Positions 19,797 through 31,447 of a stretch of DNA of 64,000 nt are shown here, piece by piece. The stretch lies in the IMG/VR virus record IMGVR_UViG_3300049020_000031, positions 64,001 to 128,000 of that record. One strand, 5' to 3'. Both the position numbers and the translations under genes were made by a program. Origin of the DNA: a virus. The notes under the pieces are model-generated. The model saw only the letters and a program-made list of their open reading frames with translations. It ran no database searches and was not told the DNA's origin. Position 1 is the first letter of the stretch. Each line of letters begins with the position of its first letter.

Positions 19797-21080
19797 TTAT
19801 TTGGTTCGATCACTCTTAGCGTTAGCTAACCAAGTATTGGCTGAGCGGATGTTTGACTCAATTTGTTCTTGCGGAACGTTGGAAATAAGCGAATCAGCAT
19901 TTCGTTCTTTACCATCCGCTTCAATCATTTCACTGATTGGTAGAACCATCTTCTTCTTGGAGTCATCCATCACTACATCGATCACATCATTCAACAGGTC
20001 TGGGCGCCTCTCCAGAATCTCAACAAGCTCTTTGGCGTCTTGATTGATGGGAGTTTTGCCGTCTTCTTGGTACAGAGCTGCTACTTTCTGCAATTCCTTC
20101 TGATAGGGATTCTTCCGCTTATATTGTCTCTTTGGCTTCGTGGGCGTGGGTTCTTCAACCGGTGGCTCTTCGACTACAGGTTCGACAACTTCTTCAGGTT
20201 GGGTTTCGACCTCAGGCTCAACAATCAGTTCCTCCTGAATAACTGGTTCAGCCAGAGGTTCAGCAATCGGAGCGGTGATTGGTTCGATGATAGGCTCAAC
20301 AACTGGTGGTGTTGGCTCCTGATTCTTTTTGCGACTGTCCCTCCAATCCGAGAGGGTGATGAAACCACTCAACATCATAATCACGGCCAGCGGGTCGAAT
20401 GAAAACATAATCATGAGAATCAGCATTCTCACTGCGGCGCCAGTGTCCTGCCATCCAAACAGTTCTGCGACAAACTTGATTGGGCCCAACTTGGCAGTCA
20501 CATCGCTTGACTTCATCTTCAAAGGCAAAAGTTCAGAATTCAATGAATTGATCTTCTCATTGTTGGCCTTCATTTCCTTTTCGATATCACGACGTTCTGC
20601 CTGTTGTGTTCTTCTAACTTGGTTGGCTCGGTCAGCTTTGTCACCCTTGAGGAAGGAGTTGATATTGGCATCCAGTTGATCTAATCTGGATTGGAGTCTC
20701 GTATTGTCATTGCTAACTTGTGCAATGGATTGCTCTTTCTGAGCGACTTGAAGGGCTATACCCTCTATCGGGGCAGCATGCTCCAGATGGCTTTTTGCCA
20801 AGAAACCGTAGATACCAAAGGCAGTCACGATCATGAGTACCACAACTGCGGTAATCATGTATGCCTTATGAGCTATTGATACTTTCTTGTTGGTCCAGTT
20901 ACTCTTGAGCCATTGAGCTGCTACCAATTTACCAACTTCCAAGGTGGTAAACAGAATGTAACCGATGATGGGAGATGCTGCGAAAATTGCAACCATACCG
21001 TCAACCGAGACGTAGGCTGCGACTGCTGAAATTGCGAAAGCTGTGAGTAGAACTATGATGCCAGATATTAGTTGTGTCAT
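19797..21080 (-). CDS. membrane protein with coiled-coil and Pro/Glu-rich region
   Basis: N-terminal TM helices, LEVGKLV, GIYGFLAKSH, FDPLAV. Confidence 0.75.
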   Translation of the reverse strand: MTQLISGIIVLLTAFAISAVAAYVSVDGMVAIFAASPIIGYILFTTLEVGKLVAAQWLKSNWTNKKVSIAHKAYMITAVVVLMIVTAFGIYGFLAKSHLEHAAPIEGIALQVAQKEQSIAQVSNDNTRLQSRLDQLDANINSFLKGDKADRANQVRRTQQAERRDIEKEMKANNEKINSLNSELLPLKMKSSDVTAKLGPIKFVAELFGWQDTGAAVRMLILMIMFSFDPLAVIMMLSGFITLSDWRDSRKKNQEPTPPVVEPIIEPITAPIAEPLAEPVIQEELIVEPEVETQPEEVVEPVVEEPPVEEPTPTKPKRQYKRKNPYQKELQKVAALYQEDGKTPINQDAKELVEILERRPDLLNDVIDVVMDDSKKKMVLPISEMIEADGKERNADSLISNVPQEQIESNIRSANTWLANAKSDRTK

Positions 21081-21149
21081 GATGTTTGTATTTGATGGTA
21101 CGAATCCACCCGATTAGCCAGTTTACTGGCTAGGCGGGTTGAATTCAAA

Positions 21150-21632
21150 TTAGAGTTCAGTTATGGTGATGAGTGATTCGGCGGCGTCCGCATCTGCTGC
21201 CAAAGGAGCAATCGTCAGAAGAGCAACAGAAGCCAATTTGGTTGCATGATAATAATCAACGGTGGCTTCTCTGGGTGCGGAGATGGCCTCGGCGATAAGA
21301 CGTTTCAAAGCGTCAACACCTTCCAGACGTTCCTCATCCCTGATGATCGCTAGTGATTCTTCGCTCACAAAGGTCATATTCATGTTGAATTCCGACCCTT
21401 CGTCAGCCTCAGATGCACCATCCGCAACGATATTATCAACAGTGGGATTGGATACTAGACCAACACCCATGATGATGGCGTTGTATCTGATGTTGGCTCT
21501 CTTCTTCGCGATGGCCTGATCGACTGTTATTTCTTCTGGTGTGTATTGTTCAATTCGCTTGTTATCAATAAATCCATTGGCATTTCCGGTAAGACCGGGG
21601 TTTGAGATTGATACTGAGTATGATTTTGTCAT
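21150..21632 (-). CDS. hypothetical acidic protein (possibly virion)
   Basis: AGGAG SD; late-type CATAAATA at 21655-21662. Confidence 0.6.
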   Translation of the reverse strand: MTKSYSVSISNPGLTGNANGFIDNKRIEQYTPEEITVDQAIAKKRANIRYNAIIMGVGLVSNPTVDNIVADGASEADEGSEFNMNMTFVSEESLAIIRDEERLEGVDALKRLIAEAISAPREATVDYYHATKLASVALLTIAPLAADADAAESLITITEL

Positions 21633-21783
21633 AGGTGACTCCTGTTATTCGTGATATTTATGAAGATAAGGTACCAGTTAATAAATCCTCTGTGACTTGA
21701 TTTGCTACAAACTTTCATGACACTTATAATCAAACCAAGTTCGTCTACTAATCATATCGAACAAACATAACCATTCAATACAA

Positions 21784-23643
21784 ATGAGCGAAGAAATCAT
21801 CAAACTGTCAGACTGGCAACACACAAGGTTGCGTCTAGAAATGTATTACGGGTCACGAGACCCCCACACTCAGATCGTTCTGACTTACCCCGAAGGTTCA
21901 CCAGAACCACAAGAAGTAACTTGGGTTCCTGCCGTATTCACTGCATTCCGGGAAATCCTGGACAATGCTCTGGATGAAGTTGCCGGACATGGCCACGGTG
22001 ATCGTATCGATGTCACCTATGACCCCGACACTATGACATTCAGCGTGCAGGACAATGGTCGTGGTATCCCAATCACCTTCTCAAAGGAACACAACACTTA
22101 CATGGCTACTATGGCTCTGAGTCAAGCTCGAGCTGGTCGTAACTTCAAGGAACGTGGTCAAGTAGCTGGTACCAATGGTATCGGGGCTTCGGGTGTGAAC
22201 TTCTGTTCTGAATACTTCAACCTGGAAGTGGAACGTGATGGTCAATACTTTCTGCAAAAGTTCCGTGAAGGAACGGATTCTCTGATCATCGAAGATGCAA
22301 TTCTCAAGAAGAAAGCCGCGGCAAAGAATGGTACCAAGGTAACATTTAAGCTGTCACCCAAAGTGTTCCGTGATATGACGTTGCCATTGGACTTCTTGAA
22401 GTCCCGCATTTATGAAGTAGCGTTGTGCAACCCCAAGCTGAAGCTGTTTTTTAATGGTGAAAAGATCACAGCAAAGTCCGTGGAGAAAAGCCTGTTTGCT
22501 GGCATGAAGCCAATTCATGTTCAAGTTCAGGAAGGTACGTTCAATTCCAACTTTTGGATGCTACCAGGATTCTTTGATTCCGGTGAACATCAACACTCGA
22601 TGGTAAACAACATCCCGGCATTTGACGGCGGTGTTCACATGGATGCATTCAAGCGTCACTTCTTTGGTGGCATGCTGGTTGCCCTGGAGCGTGAGAACAA
22701 GAAGCGCAAGTTGGTTCCTAATCGTTCCGACCTTGCGGAAGGCATCATGATCTTCAATATAACGACCATGGAGGCTCCGAACTTCAATAGTCAGAGCAAG
22801 ACACGCCTCAACAACGAAGAGACTGCCAAACACATCAAGGCTACGTTGGAGGATCCCGAATTCTTCAAGAACATTATCAAGAAGTATCCGGAATGGATTG
22901 AAGCTATCTATGAACGTTGTGCTGCCCGTACATTCAAGAAAGACGCAAGCGAAGCTGATAAAGAAGCCAAGAAAATGCTGCGTGAGAAGGTTCCAGGTCT
23001 CATGGACGCAACCGGCAAGGATCGCTCAAAGTGCATTCTGTTCCTAGCTGAAGGGCTTTCCGCTATCTCGGGTATGGCGTCTGTTCGTGATCCAGAAGTC
23101 CATGGTGGCTTGGGTCTGGGCGGTAAGGTGATGAACGTTCACGGCGCGTCGATCAAGGACGTCCTGGAAGACGGTGCATTGCGGGACATCATGAACAGTA
23201 TCGGCATTTCACCCACTAAGAAACTTGATCGCAAAGACATGCGATATGGTCAGATCTACATCGCCCATGACATGGATCCGGACGGATTGAACATTGGTGC
23301 GTTGCTGAATAACTTCTTCTACACGTATTGGCCAGAAATGTACGATCCGAATGAGGAGCCAATCGTTCACGTATTCATGACGCCATTCATTATCGCAGAG
23401 AAGGGCAAGCAAAGGAAGTATTGGTACTCTGATGACTATCAGGAATTCAATCCAGAGGATTACAAGGGTTGGAGTATCACTAGAGCCAAGGGTCTGGGAA
23501 CACTCACCAAGGAAGATTGGCAACATTCGATCGATCAACCCAAGCTGATGGCGCTTACTGATGATGGTAAGATGGAAGAAGCTCTTGATCTAATCTTCAA
23601 TGGTAAGAGGGCAGACGACCGTAAGCAGTGGATCGGTTTGTGA
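21784..23643 (+). CDS. type II DNA topoisomerase ATPase/TOPRIM subunit (T4 gp39+60-like)
   Basis: EILDNALDE, DNGRGIP, GTNGIG, EGLSA, DMDPDG, KGLG. Confidence 0.95.
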   Translation: MSEEIIKLSDWQHTRLRLEMYYGSRDPHTQIVLTYPEGSPEPQEVTWVPAVFTAFREILDNALDEVAGHGHGDRIDVTYDPDTMTFSVQDNGRGIPITFSKEHNTYMATMALSQARAGRNFKERGQVAGTNGIGASGVNFCSEYFNLEVERDGQYFLQKFREGTDSLIIEDAILKKKAAAKNGTKVTFKLSPKVFRDMTLPLDFLKSRIYEVALCNPKLKLFFNGEKITAKSVEKSLFAGMKPIHVQVQEGTFNSNFWMLPGFFDSGEHQHSMVNNIPAFDGGVHMDAFKRHFFGGMLVALERENKKRKLVPNRSDLAEGIMIFNITTMEAPNFNSQSKTRLNNEETAKHIKATLEDPEFFKNIIKKYPEWIEAIYERCAARTFKKDASEADKEAKKMLREKVPGLMDATGKDRSKCILFLAEGLSAISGMASVRDPEVHGGLGLGGKVMNVHGASIKDVLEDGALRDIMNSIGISPTKKLDRKDMRYGQIYIAHDMDPDGLNIGALLNNFFYTYWPEMYDPNEEPIVHVFMTPFIIAEKGKQRKYWYSDDYQEFNPEDYKGWSITRAKGLGTLTKEDWQHSIDQPKLMALTDDGKMEEALDLIFNGKRADDRKQWIGL

Positions 23644-24379
23644 TCACAAACCCATACGATCACGTTCATAAACTTTATAACGTGGTCCGTTCCAAGGAAT
23701 TCATGGAATCCCAGATAGGAGAGTTCGTGTGTTCCTTGGATCGATCCAAGGAAAGTCTGTATGCATCATCTAAAAATTCTACGATTTTGTTTATTCAACA
23801 ATTGCAGAGTTTTACCATTATGATGGCATCAAACAATCTGAACTTGAAGGATGCGGTCATTCGCATCGACCCCTTCAGTGGAAATCTGGAGGCTTATCGA
23901 GTAACCGATGATGAGATGGTTACTCTACGTCTTTTAGGAATCTTATGAAGGTCACCGTCAATGAAGGCCACGAACAAGCAATAGAGCAAGCTCAGAAGAC
24001 TCTAGCCATCAATATGGCCAATGGGCATCATCCCTTTCAAATGTTGGAACAATTCAATATCAAGAATAGAGGACGAGCGTCAGTCTATGCATATCAGTTC
24101 CTAATCGCAACCGTAAGGATTCATATGCTGCAAAATCAAAGAGATTACGACGCATGTCAACTTGATATATTGGAGAATGCCAAACCCATGTGGGATTTCG
24201 CGGAGGCGAATCTCTCTGGGAGGTTCTTCATAACCATGGATATCGAACGGAAACTAAGTAGCTTTGGCTATAACTTGGGTCTCACTTTGAGGTTGGAAAA
24301 CCAGGATGACGCTGATCAAATTGGAGTCATGATGAAACTTGGTGGCGTGAGTGACAGAATCGATCTTAAATACCAGTAA
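23628..24379 (+). CDS. two small paralogue-family ORFs between the topoisomerase subunits (23628..23948, 23945..24379)
   Basis: C-termini DDEMVTLRLLG and QDDADQIGVMMKLGG. Confidence 0.55.
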
Positions 24380-24431
24380 TTGATAGACCACATCAATCAA
24401 CTATAATGAACCATTCAACAACAATAAGAAA

Positions 24432-25793
24432 ATGGCAAAATCAAAAAAGCAACCACTAACCAGTGACTATATCAAGGATTCGTCCAGAGAGTACAGCATT
24501 TATGTCTGCGAAAACCGGGCGATCCCCAAAGTAGCAGATGGCATGAAAGATGGTCCACGTAAAGCAATGTGGCTCATGAAATCTCGAGCAGACAAGATCA
24601 AGACTGTATCACTTGCGGGTGAAATGATTTCCAGCGGCTTGTATCTGCACGGTGATCAATCTGCTGGTGACAGCATCTCCATGTTGGCAGCACCATATGT
24701 TAACAACGTTCCTCTTCTAGAGGGTATCGGTTCTTTTGGAACTCGAGTTGCACCTGTGGAAGGTATTGGTGCCCCGCGTTACACATACGTGAAAAAGGGC
24801 AGAGCGGCGGAACTTCTGTTGTTCCAAGATCTCGATATCGTACCACTCAAGGATAATTATGACGGATCAAACAAGGAACCAATTCACTTCCTGCCACTGG
24901 TTCCATTGGTTCTCCTGAATGGTATCTCGGGAATCGCAGTTGGTTGGTCTACTTCTATTCTCCCCAGAAACCTGAAGAAGATCATCACTGCTACTCAGCA
25001 AGTTCTTGCTGGCGAAGAGCCGAAGGGTTTGGAGCCATCATTCGATTACCTGAACGTCAAGGTAAAGAAGCTCGAGGAAAATAGTTGGGAATTCCGTGGT
25101 AGATGCGAAATCCTGGACACCAGTACGGTAAAGATTACCGAATTGCCACCAGGAACCAATTTGCAATCTATGAAGAAGAGATTGAACAAGATGGAAGAAG
25201 ATGGCTTGATTCAAACTTACACGGATCGAAGCACTGACACCATCGCCATCACGGTGAAATTCAAGCGCGGTGAAGTCTCGGGATGGACAGAAGACAAAGC
25301 GATTGATTTTTTCAAGTTGAAGGAAAAGTCAAACGAGCGTATCGTAGTTGTTGACTGGAACAGTTCAAGCATTCGTCAATACGGTAGCCCGGAAGAAGTC
25401 GTAAAGGACTTCGTTCAATGGCGTCTGGGTTGGTATACTCTTCGCTTCCAAAAGAAGCTCGACGATGACAGCTATGAACTCAAGTATTGGCAAGGTATCA
25501 AGGCTTGCTTTGATGACAAGCTTCCAGAGCGCTTGGGTAAGAAGGCAGACAAGGCTGATGTGGAGTCCGAAGTAGCTAACATCACGTCAGCCGTGGGGCT
25601 GGATCAAAGCCAAATCGACAAGATTGTCAGCTTGCCAACATACCGTTGGGCAAAGGACTTTCTTGCTACTGTGAAAGAAAACATCGCCAGATTGCAAGCC
25701 AATATCAAGGATCACAAAGCAATGTTGAAGAGCCCTAGTGCAATCAAGGACGTCTACATGACAGAGTTGGAAGAGTTGAAGAAGCTCAAGTGA
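24432..25793 (+). CDS. type II DNA topoisomerase breakage-reunion subunit (T4 gp52-like)
   Basis: RAIPKVADG.K, YLHGD, GAPRYT (catalytic Tyr), GIAVGWS, ITELP. Confidence 0.95.
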   Translation: MAKSKKQPLTSDYIKDSSREYSIYVCENRAIPKVADGMKDGPRKAMWLMKSRADKIKTVSLAGEMISSGLYLHGDQSAGDSISMLAAPYVNNVPLLEGIGSFGTRVAPVEGIGAPRYTYVKKGRAAELLLFQDLDIVPLKDNYDGSNKEPIHFLPLVPLVLLNGISGIAVGWSTSILPRNLKKIITATQQVLAGEEPKGLEPSFDYLNVKVKKLEENSWEFRGRCEILDTSTVKITELPPGTNLQSMKKRLNKMEEDGLIQTYTDRSTDTIAITVKFKRGEVSGWTEDKAIDFFKLKEKSNERIVVVDWNSSSIRQYGSPEEVVKDFVQWRLGWYTLRFQKKLDDDSYELKYWQGIKACFDDKLPERLGKKADKADVESEVANITSAVGLDQSQIDKIVSLPTYRWAKDFLATVKENIARLQANIKDHKAMLKSPSAIKDVYMTELEELKKLK

Positions 25794-25820
25794 ATTTAAA
25801 TTCACCCTCTAGATGTTAAA

Positions 25821-25850
25821 ATGAAAGCAGGTGAATTCACCTGCTTTCAT
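25821..25850. terminator. perfect 30-bp palindrome after the topoisomerase operon
   Basis: ATGAAAGCAGGTGAATTCACCTGCTTTCAT. Confidence 0.55.
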
Positions 25851-26078
25851 TATTTTCTAAAGGATTTCCATATGAGCAAATATGTTCAAGGAGTTATTTT
25901 CAGTTTCGATACTGAAGAAAAGCTGGCCCACTTTAAATCCGGGGATGAAGTTTTCGTTGTAGGGCCATTCAGTAATTTCGCAGAAGGATCATCTTTTAAG
26001 AAACTTCAAGTCGGTTCCAATATCAAAGCCGAAATTACTAGAGCTCCTACGAAATTAGTGAGTATTGAAATCACATAG

Positions 26079-26106
26079 GAAAAGGGGAGCAACAGCTCCC
26101 CTTTTC
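26079..26106. terminator. bidirectional terminator family copy
   Basis: GAAAAGGGGAGCAACAGCTCCCCTTTTC between convergent genes. Confidence 0.8.
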
Positions 26107-26711
26107 ACCAAATCTTTGCAACGTCACCGTGTTGGAACACTTGCACGGTCGTTCCACGATCCACGAAATAACGCCAGTTGGATTCCGATTCCGCGGCTTC
26201 TAGGTTGCGATCCCACACTGCCTTGGCGACAACATCATACATGTCCAATGGGGCTACGGCAATTACTTCTGCTTGATCAATGTGTTGACCAGCTTGCCTG
26301 CGGAAGACCTTAACTGAAGCATTGAACATTAGTGTTTCCTTGTTAATGTGTGCATCAAGTATAACACAAGATTCATCTGTGGATGAACTTTTCAATCCGT
26401 CAGCAGAAATTCTTTTATATTATTTTCAGCCATATAAGCAAGAAACACTTCGCACACTTCTGGGCTCCAACCATAAGCTGAATCTGGTCGTTCGCATGAA
26501 CCGCGATCAACCTCAACATGGTGACTTTCGTAGAACGGAATGATGCGATCTTTTTGCAGTTTGTCGATGAATGAGTTGTAATCACCACCGCGCGATGCTG
26601 CAAAGACTGCAATCGAGCTATATGAAATGTGCGTCATGAAATGAATGAATCTAGTTGTAGGTCATGCCATTCTAACGCCTTGTTGTAAATACTGTACGGG
26701 GAGGACATGCC

Positions 26712-27688
26712 GTGCATAATTTCTTCATAGCTCGATTTGGTATCGTGATTAGACAAGACATCGATTACATGTTCTATCAGGAATTGGTTGATGATCCACC
26801 CAAAGCACTGATGAAAGAGATGGAACCAGATGTCTATTCATGGCTTCTGGAGACGCAACCATCCACACAATTTGGAGTATCTGCCATACTCCTTGATCCC
26901 TACAGCATACTGACGCTGTCCTTTAGTGACGAAACAGATCTCGCGATGTACAGATTAACATTCGCCGACGTGTTTGTGAATCCTAGCAGAATCCCCAAGA
27001 ACATAATTGATCGGTACTTCTAATTCACCTAGAGTTCATGCTAGAATGAACTTATGGCAACCACACGACTTTTAATTGATGACGCTCTGATAGTCGTCAT
27101 CTTCCCGGAAACCCCGGCGTTTAATCAATGGATGATGCCCAATTACCAAAGCCTAGTACGAACTTGGACGTATGGAATTGAGGGCAAACCGTGGGTTAAT
27201 GAACAAGGGTATCGGAACCCAGTCACCATATTGGTGAATTGGGCTGATGGGGCGGATCGTTTGAATCTTCATGTTGCCAGCTATCCATATGGAGATACCA
27301 AGAACTTCGTTCATTCTAGTGAATTTGAATTTTTGAAATCCTCTTTTGACGGTGTGACAATGCGTGGGCGTGATCATGTGATCTTCAATGATCCCCAGGA
27401 TGTAATTATGTTCCGTCTTCGATACGGCGATTCCATTAAGGCAATATGAAGAACGAAATCTTAGTGAGTTTGATTCATCCATCGGTGGCGGTAGCGGTAG
27501 CACCAAACCCTGACCCAACTCCGAACTCACTAGTGGTTCTGGTTGCCAATCCAACCTCGGCGTTTACCAAATGGGCTTCTGAAAGAAGCATCACCAGATA
27601 TAAATTCAAGATGGCCAATTGGCAAGAAGTCTCGATAGAATTCCTTGATGTCGAAGATCTAATTCAATTCAAGTTATTTTGGTCGTGA
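26712..27688 (+). CDS. three small paralogue-family ORFs (26712..27023, 27054..27449, 27446..27688)
   Basis: C-termini DLAMYRLTF, DVIMFRLRYG, DLIQFKLFWS. Confidence 0.65.
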
Positions 27689-27719
27689 AAAAAGGGGAGC
27701 AACAGCTCCCCTTTTTTCA
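27686..27719. terminator. bidirectional terminator family copy
   Basis: AAAAAAGGGGAGCAACAGCTCCCCTTTTTT. Confidence 0.8.
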
Positions 27720-27735
27720 TCTGTCTACCTACCAA

Positions 27736-28038
27736 TTACGCGGGGGCCACAGTGGACCAGTACACCACACCAGCGTAGTTGTCACTGGCAATACGGATGT
27801 AGATATCCTTGTTCAACACGTCCTTGGTGTAGCGGCGAATGCGGCCGCCCAGATCGATGTTTTGTGCAGACGTGAGTCGCACTTGCTGCAGAGGAGCCCC
27901 GAAATCCACCACAACCACGGCGGTTGGATGCTCGCGTCCGTTAACATGAATGGTTGCCTTATTGGGCAGATTCAGGGAGTCCAGAAAGTCTTCCAGATCA
28001 ATACGGGATGCGGGCACGTTTGTGTTGGTCTTTGCCAT
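27736..28038 (-). CDS. hypothetical protein
   Basis: Likely start MAKTNTN; C-ending codon bias like the core genes. Confidence 0.6.
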   Translation of the reverse strand: MAKTNTNVPASRIDLEDFLDSLNLPNKATIHVNGREHPTAVVVVDFGAPLQQVRLTSAQNIDLGGRIRRYTKDVLNKDIYIRIASDNYAGVVYWSTVAPA

Positions 28039-28222
28039 TTTATTTTCTTTTTCTAACCACCGTCTTAATGAATCCGGGGATAACAAAGACGGGAATGTTA
28101 TCACTGGAGTAAGCAAGCTATCTTGCCACACCGCTATGATACATAATGGCAACAGGTAGGCAATAACTTTGTGGAAATATTTCACGCATTGACGATAATT
28201 TTCTTTTTCATATAATGAACCT

Positions 28223-29049
28223 ATGGAATACACATGGAAGAAACGAACTCTAATCGCTATTCGTTCATTACTGGATGAAGACGACATGACTCGTGCCAAT
28301 GTGGTGAAGCGGGCTCTTTATTTCAACAAGTACAGGATTGCCGTACACCTATCAGCAACGCCTCAATCATGGCCGGACTTCTCAGATATCGTCCGTGATC
28401 TGGAACACGCCTTGGTGGGGCTGGATTGCAAGCTGGTGAGTGTTTTACCAGCAATGTATACCAACCTCTACTGTAGTGATCCCAAGATATTGGATGAAAT
28501 TACCAATATGGAGCACCTGTTGGATATTCACAGCATTGATGTCGTGAGACCTGAGTGTTGGGGTCTTTCACCCAAACCCAGGAACAAGGGAAAGTTCTAT
28601 CACCAATATGGTTACAGAATCAAGATAGATGGTATGGGTTGGGATCATCCATTCCGTGATCTGATGGTTGGTACCTGGTATCAACATGGTTCATTCCTCT
28701 ACTGTACGGATAGTCGAGATGTGGTTATGATTCGACTACTCTACGGCGGAAAGATTCAACAAATCACCGAGAGACAATTATGAATTGGGCTAAGGAATTC
28801 CCTCATGGTTGCTGCTTTCGGATTCCCGCAAGTTCTGATCCCGCTGAAGCATATCATTATGTGAATGACTTGTTGATTACTCGCTATGGCGAAACTGTCA
28901 ATGGTGATAACAATCCGGATTGCAGGTGGTTGATGACCGCTTCAAGTATTTCACTTGATTATATTGCACATTTGAGATTCAAGCATTTGGAAGATGCAAT
29001 TGACTTTAGGCTGACATGCCAATATAGCGTCGATAATCCGTATCAGTGA
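28223..29049 (+). CDS. two paralogue-family ORFs (28223..28783, leaderless; 28780..29049)
   Basis: TTGACG-16-TATAAT-6-ATG; C-termini DVVMIRLLYG and EDAIDFRLT. Confidence 0.65.
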
Positions 29050-29055
29050 GATGGT

Positions 29056-29083
29056 GAAAAGGGGAGCAATTGCTCCCCTTTTC
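29056..29083. terminator. bidirectional terminator family copy
   Basis: GAAAAGGGGAGCAATTGCTCCCCTTTTC. Confidence 0.8.
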
Positions 29084-29467
29084 CTTTTCTCCAATTACTT
29101 GCGAATTGATAGCTTGGCCATCAGATCAATGGAATCAACATCACGATATCCGGGAATATCGTCAATGTATCTGCCTGCCATCCACACTTTGATGGTCTTC
29201 AGATAATAGTCCCATTTGACATGACTGGTCTGTAGTTCCCTGGCACTCATCTGTTCTAAATCACTCAACAGTTCGTATTTCCGATTCCCCAGATTGGATT
29301 CATGGAAATATACGAATGCCGTACCCTTCGTAGTCATGAAACCATTAGAATCACGATGAGAAACATTGGTGACCTTCTGAACGTGGACCAACTTCCAGTC
29401 TTCTGGGTTCACCGTTATTTCGTGACCCAGAATCCAACTAGCGAGTCGCAGTCGGATTTTGTTCATA

Positions 29468-30160
29468 TCAGTCTGTCTTTGGTGCCAGGCCAAAGAGGCG
29501 CAGGATGAACAGGAACAAGTTCAGGAAGTCTAGGTACAGAGACAGAGCACCCATGATGATGGCTTTGCGGTTGTCTTCTTCCATCCACAGAGTGTCCTTG
29601 ATATTTTGAACGTCATAGGCGGTCAGCGCCATGAACAAAAGAATACCCGCACAGCTGATTACAATTTCCAGGATGGTTGAACCAAGGAACATATTCAGAA
29701 TCATGACGCCCAGAAGGACAATCAGACCCACAAACAAAATGCTACCCCAAGAACTCAAGTCCTTCTTTGTAAGGTAGCCATAAGCTGCCATACCTAGGAA
29801 CAATGCACTGGCACTCAGGAAGCTCAGAACCAAGGCACTGGCTGAATACATGAGGACAATCACACTAAGGGAAAGTCCATTCAATACTGCAAATGCTAGG
29901 AACAACGCCATCAGGGATTGGCGACTGAGCTTCTGGTAGCCAAAGCTCATGATCAGAACCATCACCAGAGGTGCAAACAGAATCACCCACTTCAGTGCAG
30001 TACCGGTGAACACGGCCATGAAAGCAGTTGAGGATGCGGCAAACATGGCCGTGATAGCAGTCAAGGCCAACCCACCACCCATAATGGTGAATACCTTCAT
30101 CAACGCATCGTTCAACCATCCGGCAGGATTGGTATCACGATTCAAAACAGTAGATGTCAT
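29468..30160 (-). CDS. Bax inhibitor-1/YccA family membrane protein
   Basis: About 7 hydrophobic segments; TKKDLS..G..L, LTAYDVQNIK, GALSLYLDFLNLF. Confidence 0.92.
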   Translation of the reverse strand: MTSTVLNRDTNPAGWLNDALMKVFTIMGGGLALTAITAMFAASSTAFMAVFTGTALKWVILFAPLVMVLIMSFGYQKLSRQSLMALFLAFAVLNGLSLSVIVLMYSASALVLSFLSASALFLGMAAYGYLTKKDLSSWGSILFVGLIVLLGVMILNMFLGSTILEIVISCAGILLFMALTAYDVQNIKDTLWMEEDNRKAIIMGALSLYLDFLNLFLFILRLFGLAPKTD

Positions 30161-30207
30161 TAAAAATCTCCAAAGATTAAGAACTCAGATGGTAGCATGA
30201 CTATCAC

Positions 30208-30696
30208 CTAAAAAACAAAATGATATTTGAATCTGGAGTCTATGGTCACGGATATAGTGTTCAAAACACTAAAGACCAATCGTTGATTGTCAACTTTCCT
30301 TTCCGATTCTAGCTTCGCACATACTATTTGATAAGTTCGAGCGATTCTCATGAGAGAGACAGATGGCACCATTCTGATTCGTTCTGCATTTTTCAATGTG
30401 CCATCACTCAGATCGAACTGGCATACGTGAGTGTCGTCAAACATGTACTGATGTAGTTTGGTGAGTTCTTTAGTGAAGAACTTTATGTCTTGGTTGAACA
30501 GGTACGGGGTGTCACCAGCAATCTGTCGAAACCTAAGTGAGCACTCTATGGTATGAGTGGCAATACTTCCATCCCCTTTATGAAGATGGAAGGTATGGGT
30601 GGGTAGCTCAATGATTCTCTCAAAGGTGTTCCTTACTTGGAGTGGTCCAGATAAGATGCCAAGTATTGATGATGGTATGGTATCACTCATGGGCAT
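30208..30696 (-). CDS. hypothetical protein, possibly a degenerate QueD/PTPS T-fold
   Basis: Weak resemblance only (YMFDDTHV ~ FDHT; IRMVPSVS); catalytic His/Cys not clearly present. Confidence 0.25.
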   Translation of the reverse strand: MPMSDTIPSSILGILSGPLQVRNTFERIIELPTHTFHLHKGDGSIATHTIECSLRFRQIAGDTPYLFNQDIKFFTKELTKLHQYMFDDTHVCQFDLSDGTLKNAERIRMVPSVSLMRIARTYQIVCAKLESERKVDNQRLVFSVLNTISVTIDSRFKYHFVF

Positions 30697-30789
30697 TCAC
30701 GAAGCTACCAGCAACGTTCCACATATTCAATGAGATTGTCGCGTTCCACTCCAGGAATCTCCAGGTAGATTTTGAGGAACTTGATGTAA

Positions 30790-31254
30790 TCACAGATTGT
30801 TGATGAAGAACACCGTGAGATCTGGATGCTGATGCAGATAACCCACTCCACCAGATGAAGACCAGGAATCAATGTTCCTCTTGTGGTCATCAAACAGAAT
30901 ATCACCCTTACTTCTCATGTGTAGGGCTTTGTCTTTTGACAGGCAGGTGATGACATCAACATCTGTTCCGAAGTTGGTTGCCCACCATTCTCTCTTGGCT
31001 TTTTCCGCATCGTCATAACCACTAGATGGGCATCCAGTAAGAATGGACAATTCCCTACCTTCGAGAGCACGCCATATTTCCTCCGCTCCTTTGAGGATGG
31101 GAAGTTTGGCATAGAAGTCAGGATTTTTACGAATCAGACTCCAAGCCTTTGAAGCATTGGTGCTGTGAAATTCTAATCCGAATTGTTCCTTGAAACCACC
31201 CTCGAAGTCGGCCATCACACCATCGCTGTCTAGGAAAATCTTAGGTGCGTTCAT
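30790..31254 (-). CDS. HAD-family 5'(3')-deoxyribonucleotidase
   Basis: IFLDSDGVMADF, ILTG, K..W, DILFDD. Confidence 0.85.
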   Translation of the reverse strand: MNAPKIFLDSDGVMADFEGGFKEQFGLEFHSTNASKAWSLIRKNPDFYAKLPILKGAEEIWRALEGRELSILTGCPSSGYDDAEKAKREWWATNFGTDVDVITCLSKDKALHMRSKGDILFDDHKRNIDSWSSSGGVGYLHQHPDLTVFFINNL

Positions 31255-31447
31255 TTGATGATCTTGCCATCACTAGCCAGGGACATTCCTGCGATCGTCC
31301 CGACATATTGATCACGTTGCCACATCAGGGTGGCCTTCAGATCTGCCGCGGTGAAATAAATCACCAACATTTGATCCGTTTTACTAACCAGGTTGGCTTC
31401 GACGGGAGCTGTATTCTTTCCATCAATCGCCACTTTTACTTTTTCCA